Source: Cytophagaceae bacterium (lineage in GTDB: Bacteria > Bacteroidota > Bacteroidia > Cytophagales > Cytophagaceae). From it: 49,699 nucleotides of DNA. Under the pieces are notes generated by a model. That model was not told the DNA's origin and made no database searches. It saw only the letters and a list, made by a program, of their open reading frames with translations. Each line of letters opens with the position of its first letter. Within the stretch, counting starts at the first letter, position 1. The stretch is from NCBI GenBank assembly GCA_014376985.1, contig JACMQM010000104.1, forward strand, positions 1 through 49,699, read 5' to 3'. Shown piece by piece: positions 34,245 through 44,158 of this stretch. A program made the translations under genes and the position numbers.

Positions 34245-35279
34245 ATGGCTTCTAATATTTTTGACTACATGCCAACCGAAATACTATTATACGCTAATAT
34301 CAACGATGACTCGGCTACCAAATTCGTGACGGAATTGGAAGCAGCGGCATCTGACGATATTAAGGTTAGAGTAAATAGCAACGGTGGAGAAGTAAATTGT
34401 GCCTGGGCTCTTGTTTCTAAATTAACAGAGCACCCACTTAAAAAAGAAGTGGTTGTTGATGGTAAAGCACTTTCTTCTGCATGTTTTTTCCTTTTGTACG
34501 CGGATGAAGTAACGTGTAAAGACGTTTCTCAATTCATGTTTCACAGAGCGGCTTACCCTGATTTTATTGAAGAAAATCCAACCCTATTTAGCGACACCAT
34601 GCGTAGTACCTTATCTGGTATGAATGCAAAGTTAAAGGCCGCTTTTGATGCAAGGATTGACGCGGTGGCATTGCAGGCAATTATGGACAAGAAGCCAGAG
34701 TTGAAAGGTGCAAAAGTGAAGGATATTTTTTCTATGGATAAAAGAATCGAGATCAGGTTAAATGCTCTTGAAGCTAAAAAAATCGGTCTCGTAAAAACGA
34801 TTGTAAATATTACTCCAAAAGCACAGGAGGAAATTGATAAAATATACGCCGAAGCTAGTGCTGTATACGCTGGTCTTCCGGTTGCAAAAGAAGTAGAAAA
34901 ACCAAAAGAAAAAACCATCATGGATTTAGCAACATTGAAAACAGAACATCCAGCGGTATACGCAGCAGCATTTTCTGCGGGTGAAGCAGCTGGTATTAAA
35001 AAAGAAAAAGATAGAGTTGGCTCTTGGGCCCCTTTCATTTCTATTGATGCAAAGGCAGCACTCGACGGTATCAAAGGCGATGAAGTGGTTTCTGCCACTG
35101 CAATCTCCGAGTTTACTGTAAAAAGTTTCTCCTCAAAATCTTTGCAAGAAATCGAGGCGACGGCAGTAGACCCCGCGAAGGTAAAAACAACTGAAGCGGA
35201 AGCGGGTAAGACCGAGAAGGCTACAGCACTGGCGGAGTTTGAAGCCGCAGTAAAATCAAATGCTAGTCTTATCTCCTAA
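34245..35279 (+). CDS. ClpP-like head maturation protease with C-terminal scaffold-like region
   Basis: The N-terminal half has the ClpP/S14 pattern (NSNGGEV, GKALSSACFFLLYAD, MFHRAAYP). The C-terminal half is Ala/Lys/Glu-rich and helical. Confidence 0.7.
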   Translation: MASNIFDYMPTEILLYANINDDSATKFVTELEAAASDDIKVRVNSNGGEVNCAWALVSKLTEHPLKKEVVVDGKALSSACFFLLYADEVTCKDVSQFMFHRAAYPDFIEENPTLFSDTMRSTLSGMNAKLKAAFDARIDAVALQAIMDKKPELKGAKVKDIFSMDKRIEIRLNALEAKKIGLVKTIVNITPKAQEEIDKIYAEASAVYAGLPVAKEVEKPKEKTIMDLATLKTEHPAVYAAAFSAGEAAGIKKEKDRVGSWAPFISIDAKAALDGIKGDEVVSATAISEFTVKSFSSKSLQEIEATAVDPAKVKTTEAEAGKTEKATALAEFEAAVKSNASLIS

Positions 35280-35297
35280 CCATTAACTCGGGAAACC

Positions 35298-35741
35298 ATG
35301 AGCACTCAAAACGTAGTATTAAATAACGGTCAGCAAGCCATCATTCAAACTTCAACTGCGAAGATATTCATCTGGGCCAATCGTACCATCAACGGTACTT
35401 TTGTGAACTCTACCGGATCTCCTTTAGTAATTCCAGCAGGACAAGTAATCGGAAGAATTGCATCTTCCCAAAACATGGCCATTTGTAAATCTGCTGCTTC
35501 TGATGGTAGCCAATACCCAATTGGTTTATTATTCGAAACAACCACTTTCGCAACGGGTGAAACAAAACAAATTACGATTTGCAATAAAGGAGACGTTGCA
35601 AGAGAGCAAGTTGTATTTGATGGCACCGACACATTCGCAACTCCAGTGCTTTTAAGAAGCTTAGAAGATCGCATCACTGGAGATACAGAAGGTATCCATT
35701 TGGTACCTACTACCGAACTTTCAAATTACGATAACCAGTAA
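35298..35741 (+). CDS. head decoration protein (lambda gpD-like, putative)
   Basis: 147 aa, immediately upstream of the gpE-type capsid gene. Confidence 0.5.
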   Translation: MSTQNVVLNNGQQAIIQTSTAKIFIWANRTINGTFVNSTGSPLVIPAGQVIGRIASSQNMAICKSAASDGSQYPIGLLFETTTFATGETKQITICNKGDVAREQVVFDGTDTFATPVLLRSLEDRITGDTEGIHLVPTTELSNYDNQ

Positions 35742-35754
35742 ACTAACCAAAGAT

Positions 35755-36804
35755 ATGCCTTCAATTTCAACGACCGACGCGCAGGGTTTACAAACCAAAA
35801 TGATCTTGGATTTCTACAAAGAGAGAAACAAGCCAACCGGTTTTTTACGCGCTATGTTCCCGGACAAAGTAGCCCCAACTCTTGAACTTTCTATCGAAGT
35901 TCAACGTGGATCTGAAAAGATCGCCGTGGACGTTGTGAGAGGTACCGATGGTAACAGAAACCAGATCACCCGCAGCACTGAGAAGATTTGGATTCCTCCT
36001 TACTTCCGTGAGTGGTTTGATGCAACATCATTACAATTGTATGATCGTTTGTACGGAGCTACAGAAATCAACGACCAAATTTTTACCGCTTACATCAACA
36101 GCGTGGCCGATGCCATGGTTGATATCAAATCTAAAATCGAGAGACGTTACGAGTTGATGTGTTCTCAGGTTTTGGAGACTGGTATTGTAACTCTGGTAAA
36201 CGGTACCAACATAGACTTTAAGAGAAAGTCTGCTTCGTTGGTTAACCTTGGAGCCGGCAATTACTGGGCAACTGCCGGAGTTGATCCATACGCTCAAATT
36301 GAGGCGTTGTGTAATTTCGTTAGAACAAGTGGTAAATATTCAGGCCCTTATTTTAACCTAGTATTGGGTTCAACGGCTCTTAGTGACTTGTTGAGAAACT
36401 CTGAATTTTTGAAACGTCAAAACTTGTTTAGCATGACGCTGGATCAGGTTGCTGCACCTTTGAGAAATTCAGAAGGAGCGGCTTTGCACGGAGAAATCAC
36501 CTGCGGAGCATACAAAGTTCGTTTGTGGTCTTACCCACAATTTTATGAAGATGCTTCTGGTACATTGGTGCCATACATCAACCCTAAGAAAGCTATCCTT
36601 CTTCCTGAAACGCCTCAGTTTAGATTCGGATTTGCAGCTGTACCACAGTTGATCACACCGGGAGCGGCTCCTAAAACAGGCGCGTATATCTTTGGTGATA
36701 TTATTGACCAAAGAGCGAAAGCACACATTTACGAAGTGGAATCGGCAGGTATGCCTATCCCGCTGGCAATTGATCAAATGGCAACTATTCAACCAGTAGC
36801 ATAA
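35755..36804 (+). CDS. major capsid protein, lambda gpE family
   Basis: 349 aa. N-terminal FLRAMFPDKVAPTLELSIEVQRGSEKIAVDVVRGTDGN...IWIPPYFRE fits the gpE family pattern. Confidence 0.8.
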   Translation: MPSISTTDAQGLQTKMILDFYKERNKPTGFLRAMFPDKVAPTLELSIEVQRGSEKIAVDVVRGTDGNRNQITRSTEKIWIPPYFREWFDATSLQLYDRLYGATEINDQIFTAYINSVADAMVDIKSKIERRYELMCSQVLETGIVTLVNGTNIDFKRKSASLVNLGAGNYWATAGVDPYAQIEALCNFVRTSGKYSGPYFNLVLGSTALSDLLRNSEFLKRQNLFSMTLDQVAAPLRNSEGAALHGEITCGAYKVRLWSYPQFYEDASGTLVPYINPKKAILLPETPQFRFGFAAVPQLITPGAAPKTGAYIFGDIIDQRAKAHIYEVESAGMPIPLAIDQMATIQPVA

Positions 36805-37289
36805 TGGGACACTATAAAGTAATCGCGTTGAGTGTAGGTGGTTTAGGAAATAAGATTTTCGACTACAACGATTTTGTAACCTCTGAAAACTTTCACGAGG
36901 GCCGTGCATTGGAACTGGTTAAATCTGGTTTCTTAAAAGAGGTAACGGAAGAGGAAGCTTTGGCCGGTGCTGAAGACGCAACCAAAGACGATAAACAACA
37001 AGACGAAATCACGGACTTAACAATCGATGGACTTTCGAAATTGAAAGTAACAGAGTTGAGAGACTTGGCAAAGTCTAAAGGCTATCCGAATCCTGAATTC
37101 GCAACACTTACCAAAAACGATTTGGTTGATTACATTCTTGCAAAAGAAATTCCTGCACCGTTGACTGTGAAAACAATTGACGAAGTAAGTATTGACTACT
37201 TGAAAGATCAACTAACAAATGCGGATGTTGAGTTTGCTGAAGACGCAACCAAAGACGATTTGTACACACTGTGGACCTTGACAGTATAA
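36804..37289 (+). CDS. protein with Rho-N/SAP-like HeH motif
   Basis: LSKLKVTELRDLAKSKGY and a duplicated AEDATKDD segment. ATAATG junction with the capsid gene. Confidence 0.5.
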   Translation: MGHYKVIALSVGGLGNKIFDYNDFVTSENFHEGRALELVKSGFLKEVTEEEALAGAEDATKDDKQQDEITDLTIDGLSKLKVTELRDLAKSKGYPNPEFATLTKNDLVDYILAKEIPAPLTVKTIDEVSIDYLKDQLTNADVEFAEDATKDDLYTLWTLTV

Positions 37290-37322
37290 CCAAAAGCATA
37301 AAACGGTAGAATCGATATAAAC

Positions 37323-37357
37323 AAAAAAGGGGATTACCAAAATGATCCCCTTTTTTT
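37323..37357 (+). terminator. rho-independent terminator ending the head operon
   Basis: A6-GGGGAT-taccaaaatg-ATCCCC-T7. Confidence 0.75.
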
Positions 37358-37368
37358 ATAACGCATAA

Positions 37369-37749
37369 ATGAGCTTACTAGATCGAAGCAGAATAGCCGC
37401 CCAAAGAATAATCACGGATAAAAAGGGGTTTGGCCAGGATTTAACTTTTTCAACGCCTGGTAATACTCTTACAGTAATCATCGCTGGCCGGCATACTAAA
37501 CACCGCATGGGGGTGAGCACAGAAGGGCTTCCTGTAAATGCTAAAAACGCCTCGGTTACTGTAGTCGAAAAAACATTAACGGATCTTTCTTATCCGGTTA
37601 GGGATTCTAAGGGAGAGGTTAGTTTGATAGGTCACTTGGTATCGTGTGTGGACAGCCGCACCAGTGTTGTATGCAATTACATTGTATTACAAAATTATCC
37701 CGATGAGTCATTGGGTATTATCGTTTGCCTTTTAGGAGACCATGAGTAA
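37369..37749 (+). CDS. hypothetical virion protein
   Basis: 126-aa ORF. Confidence 0.5.
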   Translation: MSLLDRSRIAAQRIITDKKGFGQDLTFSTPGNTLTVIIAGRHTKHRMGVSTEGLPVNAKNASVTVVEKTLTDLSYPVRDSKGEVSLIGHLVSCVDSRTSVVCNYIVLQNYPDESLGIIVCLLGDHE

Positions 37750-38341
37750 AATTATAAACCCCATACCGCCGCAAGGTTTTGAGATTGTCCGCGATAGGAT
37801 TGCGGATATATTGATAGATGAGTTAGCATCCCAGGCTGTATTATGTGCTGATCCGGAATTGAATATCAATGTTTTTTTAGAGCGATTCAATACACTTGAT
37901 AAATCAGAGTTTCCTGCGGCGAATATTGCCTTGGCTACAGGTGCCTATGATAATGAGAATATGAAAACGGTAGATGGCACGTACACTTATTACGTTGACT
38001 TTTACTCTTCTTCAAAAACAACCACCGAAAGATCGGATACTCTTGCCAACAAAAAACTCCAAAAGTATTTAGGGAAAGCTCGAGCCATTTTTAAAAACCC
38101 AGTATACAAAACTCTGGGATTTGCTCCTCCATTCATTTCGAAGGTCACCGTGGCAACTCTTGATATCAATCCTCCAACACCTACAAATGATGCGGATAGT
38201 TCTGTAGAGGGCCGCCTTTCAATTACTGTAAGGCTTGTGGAAACTACGGAGCTAATCGAAGCGGTACTTATTGCTGGTTACGAAACCAAAATAAAAATCG
38301 GCGAAACAAATAAAGGATATTATTATAAAGGAGGCGTATAA
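37742..38341 (+). CDS. hypothetical virion protein
   Basis: 199-aa ORF overlapping both neighbours (ATGA / TAATG). Confidence 0.5.
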   Translation: MSKIINPIPPQGFEIVRDRIADILIDELASQAVLCADPELNINVFLERFNTLDKSEFPAANIALATGAYDNENMKTVDGTYTYYVDFYSSSKTTTERSDTLANKKLQKYLGKARAIFKNPVYKTLGFAPPFISKVTVATLDINPPTPTNDADSSVEGRLSITVRLVETTELIEAVLIAGYETKIKIGETNKGYYYKGGV

Positions 38342-41300
38342 TGGCTGTTAGGACAGATGCGGAGTTAATGCAGGATGTAATTGATTACATCCGGTCTTCT
38401 CACAACGATACATCGGCTGCGGGTTTCCGTACCGTACTTCAAAATTTCATAGATTCTAAAAAAAGCCTTAATAGTGATGACATCCCTTTATTCGGAGTAG
38501 GTGTTGCGGATCAAAGCCATGTATCTACTCCTCCGCCTGTAGGTGGTGTAAGATGGAACGCTAACAACATAACATCTCCAAATACCATCACTAAAATTTA
38601 TGTACGTGGTATTGACTTACCATTCTCTGATGTTGCTGTAGGTAATATTTTGTATTTGTATGGTGATGGATATGGTGAATACCAGAAATACGCGGTAACT
38701 GGTTCCGCAATCTTCCACGATTTAGGTGCTGGGGTAACATATTACGAAATACCAGTTACATATACATCCGGAACAACATCATTCAGCGATAACAATACAG
38801 TTATTATTCGTTTTGAAAATGGATCAGCGAGTGGCGGTGGCGCAGTATGGGGTACGATTACGGGAAATATTGCGGACCAAATAGATTTAGCCGCGCGCTT
38901 AGATCCTGTTTCTCCTGGTGTCACTCATACATCGTGGGTTGAAAGAATTTTTAACAATGTAAAAAGCTGGGTAGCTTCTGGGTTTTCTAGCGATTTTGAA
39001 TTGGCCAAGCAGTTTGGATTCCAACAAAGTGTTGCTGATAAAAGGAAGGTGATTTTACCATCTGGCGATCCGTTTCTTCATGGATCTGTCATCGTCGGCA
39101 ATTACGTTTATTTTGGTGTAAGACCTACAAGCAATTCATCTCCGGGACGCATTGTAAAAATGCAACTGGACCGCATAGATATTTACACAGTTACAACATT
39201 CGGCGGAGCTACGCAAAACTCTTGCGAAGTTTTAACTTATGTGCCATCGAAGGGAAAAATTTATATCGCCCACAACAACAGCGGTAATAATTTATACGTC
39301 ACAGAATACGACCCAGTAACCGAGGCCTCTACTATTGTTATTTCCGATACTTCTGTTGGGTACAGAATGTACTTCCCTGCTTCTGTATCAGACGGGACAT
39401 ATTTGTATGTTTCATCTGGAAACCAGACAGCCGGCGGAACATTAAGAGTAAGAAAATATCGTCTTTCAGATTTTGCATACATCGGCGAATTGAATACCGG
39501 ACTTATTGGCGGTGGCCATTCCTTAAAATATGATGGTTACGGTAATTTATATTTAACCACTACATACCGTTTGGTAGCGGTGCAGCAATACATCGTACAA
39601 ATTGATTTAAGTACATTTGCTGTTGTAACAAGCTTGGCCATAGGTGGGGAATCATACACCGACGACATGGCCATCATCGGGGATTATATTTACTGCGGTC
39701 AGGAATATATCTACACCACCGCCAGCGTATTGACTTATGCACGAATCAAAAAAGATTTAAGTGGAGTCGAGTACTTTACTTTTCCTGGTATTACCGGTAC
39801 TTGCTTTGGAATGATTTACGCCGATGGTTTCCTTTGGTGTTTGGGGGATACTACTCCTGGAAACATTATCCGGATAAATCCTCAAACACTTGAAGTTGCT
39901 ATCTACGCCACTCCAACGGGTGAGGGTAGACCAAACGAGTTATTATTCGACGGTAAAAATTATTACGTATCATTCTGGCAGGATCCCGCTGTTGTGGTGA
40001 TGTATAATAAGTTTGCATTTCAACAGTACGGTAAATTTAAACCTGGATCTCCTTTCACTTATTCAGATTTCGCTCTTACTGTTGACGTACCAGCAGCAGA
40101 AACAACAACCAGTATACTTACAAAGATTGGTGACGGTACTAAAATTAGCTCAACATACTTACCATCGTATGTTGATGATGTTATTGAAGTGGCCGATTTC
40201 GCCTCTTTACCTGTAACCGGGGAAAGTGGAAAGATTTATGTAACGGATACACCTTACACTTCCGGAGGGGTTACAAGTTCCCAATTCCGTTGGTCCGGAT
40301 CTGCCTATGCCGCCATCATTGCCAGCCCTGGAACAACCGACGCGGTAACGGAAGGCTCTACTAACCTTTATTTTACTGCTGCCCGTGTACGTGCTGCCGT
40401 AATGACGGGGATATCCTTTGTAACCGCGACGGCTGTAACCGCTGCGGATAACCTATTGGTGGCCGTTGGAAAACTTCAGGCACAGATAGACGCCCTTGTA
40501 ACATCGGTTACCACAAATACCACAAACATTACAACGCTTTTCTCAAGCAAGGATAATGTATTGGCACCATCATCTGTAAAAACTTCCAACTACACCGCCT
40601 CCGCAAACGAAGGGGTAAGGACAGACACAACAAGCAATAACGTACAGGTAACCCTTCCATCCGCTCCTGCTGATAAGACTCGTATCGGTGTAAAGCAAGT
40701 CACAAAGGGTACAGGTTTTACCACCACTATAGTATGCGGTGGATCTGATGTATTCAACAAAACAGGTGGAGCAACAACATTTAACTTGGCGTTATTGGCC
40801 CAGGGTGCAATTTTGCAATACTATGCCGCCGTTGGTGTTTGGGTTGTGGTTGCTGCTGATATCCCATTATCCCAACTCGATGCCAGGTTTGCCGCCATCC
40901 GTATTTGGCAAAACGTAACATGGGTTACCGCTACCACCATCGATTTGGTTGGAAATAGTTTTTTCAAAAACATCACAGCAGTTACCGGTAATCAAACTAT
41001 TACTTACAATGGTGGTGCTTCTTTGGGGTCTGGTGAAACTACAATGTTTCAAATCAACAAGACAACTGCCAGCAATATCTCAATCATATTGCCGAGTACT
41101 AGTGTCATATTCTTAGATATTTCTCCAAGCGAGGCTTCTTTTGCTGCCAACGTGGTAACTCTTAACGGTGCTTCAGGGGCAAAATACCTTTTTCAGGTCA
41201 GAGATGCGAATGGGGATATGGTAACTCTAATCTCGAAAATTGCTTCCGATTCCGTTGCAAATAGTCCAAAGATATTTTACTCAAGTAATGCCATTTTACC

Positions 41301-41715
41301 GTGGTCCGGAATAGCTGGAGCAACTATAAATACCGATGCTATTGCTTTTACAATTTCAGTTCCTGCAAATACATTAGTAGGTAATTCGTCTTGGAGAGTA
41401 ATATGGCAATGCCTTGGTGGTGCTAGTACAAACAGTAAGACATTCAAACTTTACGATCAAACCCTTGGCGCTACTAACGGATTAATTTTGTCATCCCAAA
41501 ACTCAGTTGCTATTCAGTTAATAAATAAAGAGGTGATAATGACATGCCATACAGCTGCGACACAAACAATTTCTCAAACTAATATTACTGGTACAGAGGT
41601 TACAAAGGCAATTGATTTCAATGTTGCAAGGATATTAATTGGTTCTATTAATATTAGTAATACTACAGAATCTGCAAGTGCATTTAAATCTGTGTTGATC
41701 GTACAAACTAACTAA
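38341..41715 (+). CDS. large tail fibre / receptor-binding protein
   Basis: 1124 aa. Contains the widespread fibre motif YLPSYVDDVIEVADFASLPVTGESGKIYVTDT...FRWSGSAY and repeated GxxYxxxx blades (GNYVYFG, GKIYIAHN, GTYLYVSS, GDYIYCGQ, GKNYYVSF) suggesting a beta-propeller. Confidence 0.7.
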   Translation: MAVRTDAELMQDVIDYIRSSHNDTSAAGFRTVLQNFIDSKKSLNSDDIPLFGVGVADQSHVSTPPPVGGVRWNANNITSPNTITKIYVRGIDLPFSDVAVGNILYLYGDGYGEYQKYAVTGSAIFHDLGAGVTYYEIPVTYTSGTTSFSDNNTVIIRFENGSASGGGAVWGTITGNIADQIDLAARLDPVSPGVTHTSWVERIFNNVKSWVASGFSSDFELAKQFGFQQSVADKRKVILPSGDPFLHGSVIVGNYVYFGVRPTSNSSPGRIVKMQLDRIDIYTVTTFGGATQNSCEVLTYVPSKGKIYIAHNNSGNNLYVTEYDPVTEASTIVISDTSVGYRMYFPASVSDGTYLYVSSGNQTAGGTLRVRKYRLSDFAYIGELNTGLIGGGHSLKYDGYGNLYLTTTYRLVAVQQYIVQIDLSTFAVVTSLAIGGESYTDDMAIIGDYIYCGQEYIYTTASVLTYARIKKDLSGVEYFTFPGITGTCFGMIYADGFLWCLGDTTPGNIIRINPQTLEVAIYATPTGEGRPNELLFDGKNYYVSFWQDPAVVVMYNKFAFQQYGKFKPGSPFTYSDFALTVDVPAAETTTSILTKIGDGTKISSTYLPSYVDDVIEVADFASLPVTGESGKIYVTDTPYTSGGVTSSQFRWSGSAYAAIIASPGTTDAVTEGSTNLYFTAARVRAAVMTGISFVTATAVTAADNLLVAVGKLQAQIDALVTSVTTNTTNITTLFSSKDNVLAPSSVKTSNYTASANEGVRTDTTSNNVQVTLPSAPADKTRIGVKQVTKGTGFTTTIVCGGSDVFNKTGGATTFNLALLAQGAILQYYAAVGVWVVVAADIPLSQLDARFAAIRIWQNVTWVTATTIDLVGNSFFKNITAVTGNQTITYNGGASLGSGETTMFQINKTTASNISIILPSTSVIFLDISPSEASFAANVVTLNGASGAKYLFQVRDANGDMVTLISKIASDSVANSPKIFYSSNAILPWSGIAGATINTDAIAFTISVPANTLVGNSSWRVIWQCLGGASTNSKTFKLYDQTLGATNGLILSSQNSVAIQLINKEVIMTCHTAATQTISQTNITGTEVTKAIDFNVARILIGSINISNTTESASAFKSVLIVQTN

Positions 41716-41716
41716 T

Positions 41717-42883
41717 ATGAGAAACAGGTTTTATAACAGAAAAAAAAGCCCAGTTTCTCATTCATTAGAAACTGAAATACCCATCTCGTTAAACTTTTCA
41801 GTAGCTCCAACAATATGCAATGTATCGTTAGCAATTCTAAAATACGATAAGGATTTCGCGCATAGTTTTACGTTTGATGACTGTCTAATTTCTGCTCTTA
41901 CATCTGGATATAAAGTATTAGCAGGAGGAGTGGCTGATGATTCCATTACATACCCTGCGTTATACTATACAGATGGTTGCGGAAACAGTAAATTATTCCG
42001 CGCCGGCATAGCCTATTATACAGTAAACTCTTCTGGTTCTGATATACATATTTCAACCCCATCCTATCTATCCTACTCTCAAATTAATACATTAAAATCA
42101 GCGGGTTGGTCCATTATGAATCACTCATGGAGCCATGCAAATGGTACGGGTGATACTCCGGGATATTCAGGTGTTGGCCATCCAACATACGCAGTAGAAA
42201 TAGAAAATAATCGCCTGGCTCTCGTTGCTAACATTGGAGAAGCATGGCCTCATTTTATCGTACCTGCTGGTGATCTGGCTTATGATCCTTATGTTGTAGC
42301 TGCTGGAATGAAAGCCATATATAACCAAGCGGGTGCAAATTATTACGGAGGTACTGGAGGGTTTCAATTGGACGGCATAGGGTTTGAAAGCCCTATGCGG
42401 ATTTTTAGAGTATTCCGTCAAGAAACTGACACTTATCCGACGGTAAAGAATTTCATCGATGCCGTTGCCTCTAAATCTATAAATGGCGCTAAGTTTTGGT
42501 TTAATGATGCCACTCATTCATTGACACCTGCATTATTCAATGGGGGGATGACTGTTGCCGATTTCGCTTCTTACATGGGGTATGTGGCTTCAACTTATGG
42601 AGCAGCCGGTTCGGATAGAGTTTGGATGGCACCATTGCAGGATGTATGGGAGTACGTCAATCTAAGAGAAAATACTAGACTTGAGATTCCTTTATTCACC
42701 ACTACGACTCAGGCAGTAATTTCTCTTTTCCATGCAGTGCCAACTACAGATAGTAAAACATTTGGTTGGACTTTAAAAATTACATCAGATCAAAATATTA
42801 GTAGTGTATCCGTTCCAACTGGATACGCAGCAACTTTTAAAGGAACAGGTACAAACAAAATTATAAACGTTGAAAAAGTATAA
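41717..42883 (+). CDS. polysaccharide deacetylase (CE4 / NodB-like), probably tail-associated
   Basis: FTFDDC (motif 1) and NHSWSHAN (HxxxH-type motif 2). Sits directly after the fibre gene. Confidence 0.55.
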   Translation: MRNRFYNRKKSPVSHSLETEIPISLNFSVAPTICNVSLAILKYDKDFAHSFTFDDCLISALTSGYKVLAGGVADDSITYPALYYTDGCGNSKLFRAGIAYYTVNSSGSDIHISTPSYLSYSQINTLKSAGWSIMNHSWSHANGTGDTPGYSGVGHPTYAVEIENNRLALVANIGEAWPHFIVPAGDLAYDPYVVAAGMKAIYNQAGANYYGGTGGFQLDGIGFESPMRIFRVFRQETDTYPTVKNFIDAVASKSINGAKFWFNDATHSLTPALFNGGMTVADFASYMGYVASTYGAAGSDRVWMAPLQDVWEYVNLRENTRLEIPLFTTTTQAVISLFHAVPTTDSKTFGWTLKITSDQNISSVSVPTGYAATFKGTGTNKIINVEKV

Positions 42884-43104
42884 TGATGGCAGAATCTAAA
42901 TCAGGTATTTTAAGGGATTTAGCGATTGCGGTTGCTTCCGCTATTGGAAGCATTCAGCTTGTTGATTTTATAGCAGTAGTACTCACCGCTGGCGCCCAAA
43001 TCATTGTAACCGGTATAGGTGCTCTGGTGGGTTATTTAGTTGTACGGTGGGCAGAGAAGAAGTGGCCAAAACATAAGAAAAAAGACGATGGACAATCTAC
43101 CTAA
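42883..43104 (+). CDS. holin-like membrane protein
   Basis: 73 aa, two TM segments and a charged C-terminus KKWPKHKKKDDGQST. Directly upstream of the amidase. Confidence 0.55.
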   Translation: MMAESKSGILRDLAIAVASAIGSIQLVDFIAVVLTAGAQIIVTGIGALVGYLVVRWAEKKWPKHKKKDDGQST

Positions 43105-43720
43105 AATAGAGATCCTTCCTTTTCCGGAGGATCAGTATTACAAACAGGCATTTGACAAGAAGCAAATCGTCCTGCACCATACAGCCAGCGGGCGAGGATC
43201 TGATGGGGATTACAAGCATTGGCTCAGTAATAAAGAACGGGTATCCACGTCACAAATTATTAACCAGGATGGAACATGTGCTCAGTTGTTCAATAGTAAA
43301 TGGTGGGGTCACCACATAGGATCCACTCACGCAAACAATTTGATCCTGAATAAGGAATCTATCGCCATCGAGATAGATAGTTGGGGAGGGCTTACGTATG
43401 ACACCAAAACCAGAGAGTTTAAAACCTACACCGGTAAGGTGGTCCCACAAAATACAGTAATTGAGTACGATCAATCTTTCCGCGGATACCGGTTCTTTGA
43501 ACGGTACACTGAAGCGCAAATCGAATCGGTTAGAAAGCTATTGGTTTATTGGTCCACACAATACAAAATTCCATTGACTTATAACGATGGCATGTGGGAG
43601 GTTTCTCAGGACGCTTTAAACAAGAAGCCCGGGATATGGACTCACGTATCTTACCGGAAGGATAAGTCAGATTGTCATCCGCAACCAGAATTAATCGCAA
43701 TGCTTAAACGCTTATGTTAG
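43088..43720 (+). CDS. N-acetylmuramoyl-L-alanine amidase (Amidase_2 / PGRP-type endolysin)
   Basis: IVLHHTAS, SIAIEIDSWG and THVSYRKDKSDCHP match T7-lysozyme-type zinc amidase residues. The start is taken at ATG 43088. Confidence 0.8.
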   Translation: MDNLPKIEILPFPEDQYYKQAFDKKQIVLHHTASGRGSDGDYKHWLSNKERVSTSQIINQDGTCAQLFNSKWWGHHIGSTHANNLILNKESIAIEIDSWGGLTYDTKTREFKTYTGKVVPQNTVIEYDQSFRGYRFFERYTEAQIESVRKLLVYWSTQYKIPLTYNDGMWEVSQDALNKKPGIWTHVSYRKDKSDCHPQPELIAMLKRLC

Positions 43721-44004
43721 ACATTAAAAAATTTACTTTCCCGGAGTTGTTCAATGATAGTAACGGGAAGACGGATCCTGCGTTAGTGGCTGGATTCTTA
43801 GGTTGTCTTATTGCTATGGGTGGTATTATACTGGCCGGATCTATTGGTCTTCTCGTCGCGAATTCAGAAATGAAAACAACGGAATCCGCGCCGATCCTCG
43901 ATTTCTGTAAAAACTTGGTAAGCGAATGTAATCAACTTTTCATATTTGCTGCCGGCATTCTTGTTGCGCATAGGTTGAGTAAAGATAAATCGGTAACCCA
44001 ATGA
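43714..44004 (+). CDS. membrane protein in lysis cassette (holin/antiholin-like)
   Basis: Two TM segments (ALVAGFLGCLIAMGGIILAGSIGLLV, LFIFAAGILVAHRL). Confidence 0.5.
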   Translation: MLDIKKFTFPELFNDSNGKTDPALVAGFLGCLIAMGGIILAGSIGLLVANSEMKTTESAPILDFCKNLVSECNQLFIFAAGILVAHRLSKDKSVTQ

Positions 44005-44123
44005 TTCTACTCGCCCGGATAATGTTGGCCATCGACTTTTTGTCGCTTTGTGCCCTTACCATGTCCTGCACCCGAAATCCGGAGCGCGGCATCCGCCCGA
44101 TGTACAGAGTGGAAAAGTATTAA
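44001..44123 (+). CDS. 40-aa putative lipoprotein (not in ORF track)
   Basis: ATGA overlap. Product MILLARIMLAIDFLSLCALTMSCTRNPERGIRPMYRVEKY with Cys after a hydrophobic stretch. Confidence 0.35.
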   Translation: MILLARIMLAIDFLSLCALTMSCTRNPERGIRPMYRVEKY

Positions 44124-44158
44124 AAGGATGAGAAAATAAGGGATACTACTTTTACATC

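Noticed and set aside
34553-35098. 181-aa minus-strand ORF inside the protease/scaffold gene
   Set aside because: It is an Ala/Ser-rich mirror of the Ala/Lys/Glu-rich scaffold region. The plus-strand frame carries ClpP-type motifs.
36469-36909. 146-aa minus-strand ORF across the capsid gene end
   Set aside because: It overlaps the gpE-type capsid gene, and its Cys/Arg/His-rich translation is implausible.
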